Source: Piedraia hortae CBS 480.64 (lineage: Eukaryota). Taken from it: 43,069 nt of DNA. The notes under the pieces are model-generated. The model was not told where the DNA came from. It did no database searches and saw nothing but the letters and a program-made list of their open reading frames with translations. The DNA lies in contig MU005994.1 of assembly GCA_010093745.1 (NCBI GenBank), forward strand, positions 124,001 to 167,069. The letters run 5' to 3'. The stretch's first letter is position 1. Each line of letters starts with the position of its first letter. Positions 1-10,366 of the stretch are shown here, in pieces. The position numbers and the translations under genes were made by a program.

Positions 1-515
1 TCTCTGCGAGGGAAAAGCCTAGGGTGCAGCCAGTAGTGTAGGGGGTATAGCTGTCTTGCTATGTAAGTGTCCCGCATACGCGCTGGCGACGATGCTTGAC
101 TCCAAAATGCCATTCATCGCTCGAAGGGGAGTATCAAACTTGTACATCATATTTTGTAGGCATTCATGTCATCCTAGACCTGCAACGAAAGGCCTCAACA
201 CGCTTAAACAAGCCATGAGTTCATCCCACATCCTTGGTAAAGTGAGACATTGGGAGTCTACCTTGCCCAACCCTGCCATGACCAATGTACTTGAAACAAA
301 AACTTAGGCTCACCTCCTTTACCGCTCGTCCTCCCACTACCGATAACGCTAATACTATCAATCTTGATTCGAATCCATTTCAAAGGACCCGCGGATCGAC
401 AATGAAATTCTCCTCCATGTCTCACTCTCGCAAAACACTCAGCATCAACATCAGCATTAGCATCCCAACCCCACCAAGAGCATTCCCCTAACCTACAGGA
501 ACATCAGCCTAACGA

Positions 516-1323
516 TGTCTCAGGAGTTCAACAACCTCTCAACCTTTCCCAAGTAGGTTCTGGGCTTCGAAGACTATGAGATCTTAGGCCTCGATCTCGA
601 CCTTAACCTTTTCGATTTCGAGCCGAGAAGAGACTCTCGCCGCTCACAGATTGATTAAGGAGCCGGTAGCATCATTCATCGACCGGCTGGTTCCGCAGTT
701 CATCAATCAGTCAACGGCAGTTCTACCAGGATGCAACCCAAGCGTAGGATGGTACTAACCCGCACCCCAAATCTCTCCTACCCCGGCGGGAAAATCATCA
801 TAATTTCTTGCTGAACTCCACCCCGATAGCAACGCCTCCCATGGCACGAAATGCGCCCGCTCCCCTTCAGCAACATGCACCTGCCACCCCAACAGAAAAT
901 CAAACGCCCCCGTGACGCCTTCATCATCTTCTGCCAAGCTCATAGCCAGCAAGTCATGTGACATCTCAAAGACGCCAATGAACATGCATCTACAGGTCAG
1001 GTCTCAGCTGTCAATGGCCAGATGTGGAATGCAAGTGCTGAATCTCGCAAAGAGTTTTTCACTCGTGCGGAAGAGGAGAAGCGGGTGCATGTAGTTATGA
1101 ATCCGGGGTATAAGTACCAGCCGAAAGGTTGGGGAAGGGGGGGGGGTGCCGCATTTGCGATGCTGGAGCGGGAAATGATGGGAGGGATGCTCCGCGGAAG
1201 AGGGTTCTGAGGGCTGAGAAGAGAGTGAGGGTTGAGGAGGAGGAGACGGAGGAGAGTAGTGTTGGTGAGGTTGAGGATGAATTTTCGGACAAGGATCGTG
1301 AGGATCCGACTTGGAGGGGGTAG
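516..1323 (+). pseudogene. HMG-box (MATA_HMG / MAT1-2-1-like) transcription factor pseudogene
   Basis: The frame from 890 reads QQKIKRPRDAFIIFCQAHSQQVM*HLKDANEHASTGQVSAVNGQMWNASAESRKEFFTRAEEEKRVHVVMNPGYKYQPK. This matches the HMG-box pattern KIxRPxNAFI...GxMW...AEEEKxxHxxxxPxYKYxP. In-frame TGA at 959-961; further stops in the putative N-terminal part (TAG ~555, TAA ~656); probable frameshift at the G-run ~1137-1146 before an acidic tail (ORF 1129..1323). Confidence 0.75.
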
Positions 1324-1915
1324 GTTTGTTGATTTGATAGGGATATGGGTTTTTTCAATTTGTGCCGGTTCTTTGATCTATTTGTTCTCTTTATCAAGGT
1401 TGCTGGGTAGGACTTGAGCTGCAATCCGACAATAAGAAGGTGGAGATTGATATCTTTGTTGGAGAGCATATATATTACACTGCCAGGACTTGTATCAAGA
1501 CTTAAGAACGTTTCGCAAGTACCTTCGAAAGTATTGCTCTATTATCAAAAATGTAGTCGCGTTTTGAGGTCTAATGGCCAAGATGGCCGGTAATCGGTTG
1601 AAATCACCACGTCTTCTCTCAAGATGTGAATCTCGAATCGTCACACCTGCGCCGTCACGGTTTGAGACGATTGGCGAGCATGTAGCACCAAATTCATCAG
1701 AGCTGCTAATTGATCATCTTTTTGAAAAGTGAAAGCTCAGAGACGTTACAGAAATGCCATTGAAATATTAAGGCCACGTTTCACAATCAAGCCGTCGCAA
1801 GATGTGAAAACACCGGGATCATTTGGCGTAGGGATCAAAAAACCGTTGCCAAGCACGCGCAACGCATTCCCTGTCCATGATTGGCCGAGTCGCTCGCAGG
1901 GCCGCAGCGCATAAG

Positions 1916-1925
1916 CTATTTTTAG
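1916..1925. promoter_or_regulatory. Rlm1/MEF2-type MADS-box site (CTA(A/T)4TAG) upstream of the RTA1 pseudogene
   Basis: CTATTTTTAG is an exact match to the Rlm1 consensus and lies ~130 bp upstream of the RTA1-like ATG. A single 10-mer could be chance. Confidence 0.3.
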
Positions 1926-2053
1926 CCGACCTCAATCTTCCTTCCGGTCATGAGAACACAAGGCAAGACTGCAACAACCAACATTCTCCATCGACAAAAC
2001 ATGAAGACTATCCGGCCACCTACATGATCCTCCTGTGAAACCCCCTAAACAAA

Positions 2054-2965
2054 ATGACAAACTATCCAGTGTGTGTCAAAGTCACACCCCAATGTCCCGT
2101 AGAACACACTCTGTACGGCTACCGTCCCATTCTAATCGGCAACGCGATCCTACTCACCATCTTTAGCATCTGCGCCATAATCCACATCGTCCTCTCGCGA
2201 TGATACCCTGCCCGCCGATACTTTAGCATGACAATAGCAGTCGGAACCATCGGGGAAGCAATCGGCTACGGAGGTCGTATAATGATGCATTCAAACCCCT
2301 GGTCGGGCGCAGGCTTCGAAATGCAGTCCCTGTGCCTAATAATCAGCCCTCGGCCTTCGCCGCAGCAATCTACCTCACGCTCAAACACATCGTCATCCAC
2401 TTTTTGGCTGTAAAGTCGCGTTTGAAACTAAATTCGTAAACATGGATCTTTTTATCGTGCGATCTGGTAGCGATAATCCTGCAGGCCGTCGGCGGAGCCC
2501 TCTCTGCTGTGGTCGCGAATGATCCAGGGCTTCTTCATCCAGGTGAGAATCTGATGATGACTGGGATTGTATTCCAGATCGCGACCATGTTGGCGTGCAT
2601 GTGTCTTGCTGCGGAGTTTGGGTTTAAAGTTTATAGGCAGCCCGCTAGCGCGGAGAAGTCGAGGGAGTTGTCGGGCCGGTTTGGTTTTTATGTTATTTGT
2701 TGTTCGGTTGCGTTTGTGACTGTTTCTGTTCGATGTGTGTATCGCCTGCCGGAGATGGTTGGGGGGTAGGGCAATTCGTTGATGAGGAACGAGGCGGCGT
2801 TTATGGTTCTGGATGGGATGTGAGCTGCTTTTCTGAGGTTTCGAGTGTAGTGTGCTGATTTCTTCTAGGATGATGGTCGTTGCGGCGGTTCTGCTTACGG
2901 TTGTGCATCCTGTGTTTTTTCTCGCAGAAGATGGTCGAAGTGATGTTTCGCGGGATGTGTTGTGA
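2054..2965 (+). pseudogene. RTA1-like lipid-translocating exporter pseudogene
   Basis: Pieces match RTA1-family motifs: MTNYPVCVKVTPQCPVEHTLYGYRP, GEAIGYGGRIMMHSNPW, AFAAAIYLTLKHIV, WIFLSCDLVAIILQAVGGAL, GIVFQI, RCVYRLPEMVGG*GNSLMRNEAAFMVLDG. Stops at ~2200, ~2437 and 2767, a frameshift at ~2350, and a GT..AG intron at 2820-2868. The 3' end is approximate. Confidence 0.85.
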
Positions 2966-3513
2966 AGATGGGGTTTGGGTTTGTACGATTGTCGTGCTGT
3001 TTGGATAGTGTATTACATGTTCTTGTTTATCGGTCCCTCTCTAAAGATGGCATGCTGGTGAACTGTGCTGTTTTGGTGATTCATTGCTGGATAGCTGCAA
3101 CCTGAGGTACCCTCAACAGTTTTTTGAGCCGTGCTGGAACCCTCTTTTAGAAGTTTTGACCATTTGAACAGTGTTCGAAAAGCGTGTTAACGAGTTTGTG
3201 AAAATGGCAGTTGTGCAAGGCCTTGTCATTGCATGGCTCAGGACGTGCGTCGCTCGGCTATGAGACAGGAAAAAGACGCAAAATAGCAGAGAGTTGATCA
3301 TATCAACCACAACCAATGCCATTTCCACCTTTCGATGAGATTATCACACTTGTACATAACATGTCATGAACGCCTAAGGCATTCAATCTCCAACCGCCAT
3401 CTACCCCTTCTAAAACCCAAATGAATCAAAACCCCAACGCTGTCCAGCCGTGAGGGGTCAATATACAGCTCAAAGCAAAATTATACTTCAGAGTTAAAAC
3501 ACTCAGATTACTA

Positions 3514-4420
3514 TTATTTTGTTTTGGTATCAATTACTACCTCTTCCATCAGTTCAATCAACCGCCCTTTCTTTTCCCTTGCCCACATAACCCTTCCTGG
3601 ACGCAACCTGCCACTTATTGGTCCTTGTTGTCGTCCTCGAGTGTCAGAATCTGGACTTACTTGGGCTGGACTCCCTTGGGTTGGCCTCGCTTGGGTCGCC
3701 GCAGGACTTCCTGAATGATATCCCGATTCAGCTCCCAATGGGGATCCTGATTGAGGTCTTGATTGAGGTCACGGCCGAGGTTCCGCTTGTGGGCCCACTT
3801 GAGGCCCCACCTGTGGTCCCTTGGGGCTCAGCTTGAGCATCCTCCGCCGATAGGCCATCATCAGCTTCATTGCAAACTTAATATCTATCGAACATGCCTT
3901 CATCCGAGTCATCAAATGTCATTCGACTTTGGTGCCTGGGGTGATCAATTGGTATCGGTTGGTCAGTGAGTCAGAGCGGATGTCCGCTGGGTTGGGCAAG
4001 GTGGCGAAGTCGAGGATTGATTCTGCTTAAAGCTGAGGGGTAGTTATTCAAGTTGTTCAAGTTGTTCAAGTTGTTCAAGTTGTTCAAGTTGGTCATGTTG
4101 AAAATGTTGACTGTTGGGCTGCCTGGTTTCGTTGGCTGGGTGGCATCCAGTTGGGCTCGCAGCTCTGTGAGCCGATTATCATAAAAGTCCTCGATGTGGG
4201 GGTTTGGTGCTCGGTTGTGCTGGAGGGAAGGCCCAGTCGTGTGCCAGTTGGAAGGGCCTAGTTGAACACTCTGCTGAGAAGAGGAGTCCGGCTGTGCGTT
4301 TTGCCGAACCGCTTGCCTGTTGGTAAGAGCTTGTCAGCCGGGTGGTGCATACCGTTGAGTATTACGGCACTCTCCTTCCACAGGCCAGACGTTTTCCCCT
4401 ACTGTGCCCTTCCACGGGGC
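3514..4420 (-). pseudogene. decayed low-complexity protein remnant, possibly ending in the start of a Myb/SANT-like repeat
   Basis: The minus strand reads as long coding-like runs (…IEDFYDNRLTELRAQLD…NLNNLNNLNN…FDDSDEGMFDRY*…GRVMWAREKKGRLIELMEEV) broken by stops and frameshifts. W-x3-(K/E)-x2-RLIELME is only weakly like Myb helix 1. Confidence 0.3.
4043..4091. repeat. 9-bp tandem repeat (GTTGTTCAA) x5
   Basis: gttattcaa followed by (gttgttcaa)4 gttg; encodes (LNN)n on the minus strand. Confidence 0.9.
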
Positions 4421-5999
4421 ATACATAACCCTGCCAGATTCGTCACGACGTACATTCAACCCTGCTATGATTAATGTTGGAGGCTCGTCACAGCTCCGTG
4501 AGATTGTTTGAGGGATCTGAATTTCCGAACTCCCACGAATATGTTCGTCAAAACTTCATTTCATCGTCAGTATTTTCAATGTGTCGACAAAACTTGCAAG
4601 CACATATTCCAGGTCGGGGACAGTGGAGCCATACGAGGTAAGGCAAGAACTCTGCTGGGCTGCGATAGTACTGTGGCCTTCTACACCAACTAAAAGTCGG
4701 AGAAAGCCATATAGATATTTCTCATCGCGTTTACGTCATTGGTTTTTCGATAGGTCTCTTAGCGTAGTAGGATTGTAATCCCCCCAGTAGATAATGTCGT
4801 TAAGTGGTAACCTTGACAGTTTCCACTGACTTCCTGGATAATAATCGGTTCGTGTTGGGGCCAAGCCTTGTCCGAGTTCTCTAAGCCAGTATATATATGA
4901 CTTCGAACCCACTTCTACTGGTTGCCTCGGTGCAAATGACCCATGTTGGGGCCTGGGAGCATTCGGAGTTCGCGAGCCAACCCTCTTGAGTACAAAACTG
5001 AGGCCATCTTTCCCTGACCATAATAGCTTGTGTGCGGAATTTGTGGAGGCGAGGGGATGCGTGATGAAGATTTATCAAATCTATACGCGAGCGTCAACAA
5101 AGGCAATTTCATCGAAGATATGTGGATGCATGTGAACGTGTCAGTATCGTTCGGACTTGCCATTTTAAGGATTGCTTGTGTCAAACAGGACACAAGCGCG
5201 TAAATCTAACCACGTGGTGGAACAACTCTTTCCAAGACTTGAACGCTGAGGAGACGGTGAAATAATCTTCAGCGACCAAGATTTCCCTGCTCTGATGACA
5301 AGTAGTCATCTTGGCATGTAACCGGACTCGTGATGCGGGAACGAAAAATTTGCTTTCCAGACAAAGAAAAGCACGGTTTACGACGAGATGACTATGCCAA
5401 TTATGTTCATGTAACCAGCTGGTGGAGGGCGAATGAGATAGAAAACGGTGATTAATTTACGAGCGTCTGGATTCGTGCCTTCGCCCGGGATCTATTCATT
5501 TCTCCGCGGAGTATATAGACAAGTGTTAACTATCAGGCTCGTTTTCCAAACGCGTTCAGAAACATTAGGCGCTCTGATTTGGTAAGAAACAACAGACATG
5601 GCAGCCGCTGCGGAAGCATAGCGCTCTTTCCAGAACGCCGAGGCAGGAAAGCGGAGTGTGGATCTGCCACCATGACGTCATGGCGATGCGTAGTGGAGCG
5701 GTGTATACAAGTATATTGCGAGTTACGATGACCACTCATCGCAAGGTCGATGCAATTCCCCGAGCCTAGAACAACCAAATTCCAACAACAGCCCCAAACT
5801 CACACTCTCCAACCGCTTAAGCGGTCTCAACCCGCTTACCTGCTTCCGGCTAAATGGCTAAGCGGCCAGTCCTCAACCGCGTAGCCGACGCATTACCACT
5901 GCAGGCAAAATGCAGTCTTGAGCCTCGCACAATGCCTCAACATAAAAGACCCGGGCAGACCGCCCTTCAGAAGCACCATTTCAACCATCCTAATCCAAA

Positions 6000-7502
6000 A
6001 TGTCTTCTCTCAAATCCCTCCTGAGCCTCCACCGCATCCCACACCATCTACGCAACCTCTCAACAGCCCATACTGAGAAAAAATCAGGCGACATAAGCAA
6101 CGCCTTCGCCTCCCTCTCCGGCCTGGAGTTCAAACCCCTAGATCCCCGCTTCGCCGATATCAAAACCTCCCTCCTCTCCGGGCACGAAGAAGCCATAACC
6201 TCATCCTGGGCCCGCCTCCTTAACGCCCTTGAGGAAGAAATCCCTCTCATCACCTCCCTGGGATCCAACTCTATTCCCACAATCGACTATCCTTCCATCA
6301 CTAACCCCAGCGAGACCTTCAGATCTGAGCTCCGCAAGCGCGGCGTAGCAGTAATCCGCAACGTAATCCCCGAGGGGGAGGCCCTCTCCCTAAAGCGTGA
6401 GCTAAAGGACTACATCGCCGCGAACCCGCACACGCGGGCCTTTCCCCCCGAGAACCCGCAGGTCTACGAACTATACTGGAGCACAGCGCAAACGAAAGCG
6501 CGGGCTCATCCTCGTCTTCTCGCAGCACAGAAGTTTCTTATGTCGGTTTGGAATTCGCGGAGCAAGTCTACCGTTAGTACGGCTCACCCAACAATGTATG
6601 CAGATCGGCTCCGAATGCGGCTGCCGGGTGATTCGAGGTTCGCATTGGGACCGCATGTGGATGGTGGGTCGTGCGAGAGGTGGGAGAAGAGAGGGTACGG
6701 GCTTGGAGGGGTCTATGATGCGATTTTCTCTGGACGGTGGGAAGAGTATGACCCTTGGGAGGCGAGCTGTCGTGTGCCGGTCGTCTCGGATCTTTATTCT
6801 GGTGTGGGCGCCTGTAGCATGTTTCGCATGTTCCAGGGTTGGCTTGCGCTGTCGGAGGTAGGGCCTTTTGAGGGAACGCTTCTTGTTAATCCGCTGCTTA
6901 GACATGCGACGGCGTACTTTTTGCTGAGGCCATTTTTTGAGCCGATTCGTGCTGATCCGGCAGGGGATGGGTTTCTGAAGCCGGCGAATTGGAGGCTTGA
7001 GAGGGAAACGTCTGCTTGGTTACAGGGTGCGACGCCCGGTCATGGGCAGGAGCTTCGCGATGCGTTGCATCCGCATCTTAAGGTTGATTTGCCTGTTTTA
7101 GGTTGGGAGGGGAAGAGTTCGATGGTTCACGTTCTGAGGGTGAGGCCTGGTGATTATGTTGCTTGGCATTGTGATACCATCCATGCGGTTGACGGAGTCC
7201 ATGCTGGCAAGGCTGATTCGTCGGTCATGTATATCCCGACTTGTCCGCTAACGGTGCAGAATGCTGCGTTTTTGAAGAGGCAGAGGGAGGCGTTCCTATC
7301 TGGGAGGCCCTGTCCGGATTTTGGGGGTGGGGTTGGTGAGAGTGGTCATGTTGGGCATGCGACGGTGGATGATGTGGAAATGATGAATCCCGAGGAGGGA
7401 ATGCGTGCGTTTGGGTTGAAGGCGTGGAATGTAAACGAGAAGGGTTTGTCGAGCGCGCAGAGGGAGTTGTTGACGCGCGCAAATGAGGTTTTGGGATTTT
7501 AG
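6000..7502 (+). CDS. DUF1479 / YbiU / Gig2-like protein (2OG-Fe(II) oxygenase-like fold), probable mitochondrial presequence
   Basis: Intronless 500-aa ORF with the family motifs KKSGDISNAFASLSG, RGVAVIRNVIP, PQVYELYWS, YADRLRMR, LGPHVDGGSCERW, FRMFQGWLALS and WHCDTIHAVD (HxD...H metal ligands). The N-terminus is Arg/Ser/Leu-rich and lacks acidic residues. Confidence 0.9.
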   Translation: MSSLKSLLSLHRIPHHLRNLSTAHTEKKSGDISNAFASLSGLEFKPLDPRFADIKTSLLSGHEEAITSSWARLLNALEEEIPLITSLGSNSIPTIDYPSITNPSETFRSELRKRGVAVIRNVIPEGEALSLKRELKDYIAANPHTRAFPPENPQVYELYWSTAQTKARAHPRLLAAQKFLMSVWNSRSKSTVSTAHPTMYADRLRMRLPGDSRFALGPHVDGGSCERWEKRGYGLGGVYDAIFSGRWEEYDPWEASCRVPVVSDLYSGVGACSMFRMFQGWLALSEVGPFEGTLLVNPLLRHATAYFLLRPFFEPIRADPAGDGFLKPANWRLERETSAWLQGATPGHGQELRDALHPHLKVDLPVLGWEGKSSMVHVLRVRPGDYVAWHCDTIHAVDGVHAGKADSSVMYIPTCPLTVQNAAFLKRQREAFLSGRPCPDFGGGVGESGHVGHATVDDVEMMNPEEGMRAFGLKAWNVNEKGLSSAQRELLTRANEVLGF

Positions 7503-7806
7503 TTTTTGAGTTTATCTTAACGATTTGTCTTTCTGTCTTCTCAGTCAGACCGGCGAGTAGAACATGCAACCTTATTTTGTGCGCCAAGATAATTTTCCCA
7601 AAGAGGTAATCCCCATTTCAGACAGTCTGGATTGAACTTCCAGCTACAGGTCAAGCAGTGGAGACATTCACACTCGAGGTAGCCCACGCTGAAAATAATA
7701 GAGCAGCTTAGCCTCAGAACCCCTTCTAAAGAAGTGAGGAATTGATACGAAGTTTACGTTACGCCATCCATGCAAAACATAAACGCTCACTGGAAAACAA
7801 TACATG

Positions 7807-9888
7807 CTAATTTCCCGTCTCATCGAGTGGCAAATTCTTAGTCCGTGATTTTAGTCCAAACATGCTGCTGAACCGACTCGACCTAGTCTGTCCAGTCGAA
7901 GCCGAATGGTTTGAACGAATTGAACGACGGTCAGAGTTGAACATGAGTGGCTCGGCCAGGTTGACCTGACTGGCACGAGGGCTATTGAACATTGACATTT
8001 CAGCGCTGCCGATCGACCCGGGAGACACAGGGTAAGAAAGGGACTGCGAGCGTTCGGCGTCTGCTGCGTGGTTTTTATCGGGCAGACCGGGCAAACCAGG
8101 CAGGGCGCCGAGACCAGGGAGAACGAGCGGTTTCTTGCCGCTGCTCCTCTGCGGCTCAACCTCGTTGTTAAAGAGATCAGTTGGGATAAGACCGGCCCCG
8201 GCATTGGGACTCATGGCCGCACCGCCTGTGAGAGTTTCCCGCTCCTCGTCCGTCATGCGCAACCCCAGCGTACCAGAAGGGATAGCGGCCCCGTTGGAGT
8301 AGTTGAAGAATCGCGGCACTTTGAGTGAAGGGGCGGGAACCAGCGAAGACTCGCCTGTGCCGTTCCAGCTGGATTGACGGCGGGTGGGAAGGGAAGGATC
8401 GAGAGCGAAAGCTTTCTGCTCGTCCCGTAGACGGTGACTGCGCATAGATTTGTAGTAGCGCATTTGGTCGCCGTGCACCCGCTTGGCAGAATCGAGGTCG
8501 TGCAATGCTCCAATTAGCTGCTGTTGCAATATGGCCTTTCGTATCTGCCACTGCCGCTCCTCTTCAGCATCTTGCTGCACCAACTGCACGAGGCTCAGCT
8601 CCGTTGTCTCACCGTCTGAAAACGTCAATGGCTTCATCAGCCGTTCATATTGCTTGATTTCTGCGTTTTTGGCCTTGATCTCCTCGTCCAATTTACGTGT
8701 TTTGGCGACTTCCTCGTCCACGCGCGCCCGCAGCTCGGCAGTCTCTGTCTGGATCTGGACGGTGGTCGCCTCCATTGCCTCCCGTATGCGAACAGTTTCG
8801 TCGCGCATTTCTGCCGTCTCAACTTCGCACCGGTCCGCATCGTCTCGCATTTTCTGCCGTTCCCGGATTTTCTGCTGCATCAGCCGCTCGAGCTTAGTTC
8901 GCTCATTCTGCGCCGCCACATTCTGCCGCTCACGCAAATTCAACTCCCGCTTCAGATTTCGACTAGCCTTTTCTCTTTCTGCCACGGCCGCCTTGAGGTC
9001 GTCACGTTCTCTGGTCAGCTCCTCCATTAGGCGTTGGTCTTCCTCCTCTTCCGCTTTTGCCTGCTTTTCCGCACCGTCCGCTTCGTGACGGAGCGCATCT
9101 AGCCGCTCTGTAAGCATCTGGACCGTTTCCACACCCTCTAGCAATTTTCCTTCATCAACAGGGACTTCCGGGACATACGAAGCGGCAGTGATACTCTTCT
9201 TGCCTGTTACAGACACAGCAGCATCTCGTGACAAGGCTGATTCGGTTGGCGGCGGGGCAGTGTTTGTCAGTCTACGATATTTCATTGCTCGGGGCACCAG
9301 CGGTCTGTCTCCGTTAGCGTTGAGCTCGCCATCCATTTCTCCATTAACGGCTGCATCGCCGACAAAGTCTTTACTGCTGGCTGATTTTGTACGGAAGCGG
9401 ATAGCATCGCTGCGGCAGCCTGGCCCGTTTTCTTGTGACACGCACACTCGGGCGACGTAGAAGGTGCTCGGCTGTAGGCCCGAGACGGTTACGGCATCAT
9501 CGCTGCTACCGACGAATGTTTCCAGCACATGGCCGTTGATAAGCACTTGATGCTCTAGCCGACTCTTGTTTTTCGCCTTCACACCGCGGGGCAGCGACCA
9601 GCGCAGAATGGCTCCGTCGGCACTGAGTCCGGCTAGATCGAGAACAGGCGCAACGGGTATGTCGATGCCGATGAGCCGTGCCAATTCCCGTGTGGGCGTA
9701 CAGAGTACCTGGCAGGCACGGTAGCCAAGCCAGATGGCGGCGCTCCACACACAAAGCGGCTTGAACCACGACGCCGCCGGGGCTGCGGTATGCTGGAGTA
9801 GATGTAAAACCTGCCCAATGTCGACACTACTGGATATTGGGGTTAAAACGCTCATGTCGACGCCTGCAGCGGTGAGGTTTGCCGCCAT
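7807..9888 (-). CDS. membrane-anchored fibronectin type III domain + long coiled-coil protein
   Basis: 693-aa ORF. Hydrophobic N-terminal segment (WFKPLCVWSAAIWLGYR), FN3-like region (ILRWSLP…VTVSGLQPSTFYVARV…IRFRT), ~230-aa E/K/R-rich coiled coil, Ser-rich tail with the fungal-conserved LTGGAAMSP motif. Confidence 0.8.
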   Translation of the reverse strand: MAANLTAAGVDMSVLTPISSSVDIGQVLHLLQHTAAPAASWFKPLCVWSAAIWLGYRACQVLCTPTRELARLIGIDIPVAPVLDLAGLSADGAILRWSLPRGVKAKNKSRLEHQVLINGHVLETFVGSSDDAVTVSGLQPSTFYVARVCVSQENGPGCRSDAIRFRTKSASSKDFVGDAAVNGEMDGELNANGDRPLVPRAMKYRRLTNTAPPPTESALSRDAAVSVTGKKSITAASYVPEVPVDEGKLLEGVETVQMLTERLDALRHEADGAEKQAKAEEEEDQRLMEELTRERDDLKAAVAEREKASRNLKRELNLRERQNVAAQNERTKLERLMQQKIRERQKMRDDADRCEVETAEMRDETVRIREAMEATTVQIQTETAELRARVDEEVAKTRKLDEEIKAKNAEIKQYERLMKPLTFSDGETTELSLVQLVQQDAEEERQWQIRKAILQQQLIGALHDLDSAKRVHGDQMRYYKSMRSHRLRDEQKAFALDPSLPTRRQSSWNGTGESSLVPAPSLKVPRFFNYSNGAAIPSGTLGLRMTDEERETLTGGAAMSPNAGAGLIPTDLFNNEVEPQRSSGKKPLVLPGLGALPGLPGLPDKNHAADAERSQSLSYPVSPGSIGSAEMSMFNSPRASQVNLAEPLMFNSDRRSIRSNHSASTGQTRSSRFSSMFGLKSRTKNLPLDETGN

Positions 9889-10366
9889 TTGGACGGTGCA
9901 ACGGGTGAGGTTCAGCTAACCTAACCCTAAATGTGACAGCGTCATCGCGGGGGCGGGGACTGTCTTCATTCCTACGATTGGTCTATACGGCGAACATGGG
10001 TCCGTTGTGCCGAGACGACAAGTACCGGCCCGGCTTGTTGGTCAGTTGCCCAGGGCTGTCTTTTCAAGAGATGTCAGGCTGGAATGAGCAAGCTGTCATA
10101 GATTAGCCCATGAACCAGCCCACCATGGATCTGCCGCCATGATCAGCCGCCACGAATGAGCCGCCATGAAGGAGCCACGAGTCCGAAGTGGTTGGTGGCC
10201 ATGGCAATCAGGCCAGTTGCAACCTTGATCTGCCGCCCACGGGCTTGACGATTTACCGAGGTGACTAACCACGGGTGCGGTCCGTTCCGAGAGATTGGTT
10301 TGCTGACGCGATGACGTCCTGTATGTACATACTCGGAACATAGACAGTGAATTCTTCCAACCCACC

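Noticed and set aside
516..2965. RIP as the cause of the pseudogenes
   Set aside because: Disablements include indels and mixed substitution types, and the regions are not visibly AT/TpA-enriched.
9916..9930. Telomere-like CTAACCTAACCCTAA
   Set aside because: Only about two units, in a 5' UTR/promoter; not a telomere and too short to call a site.
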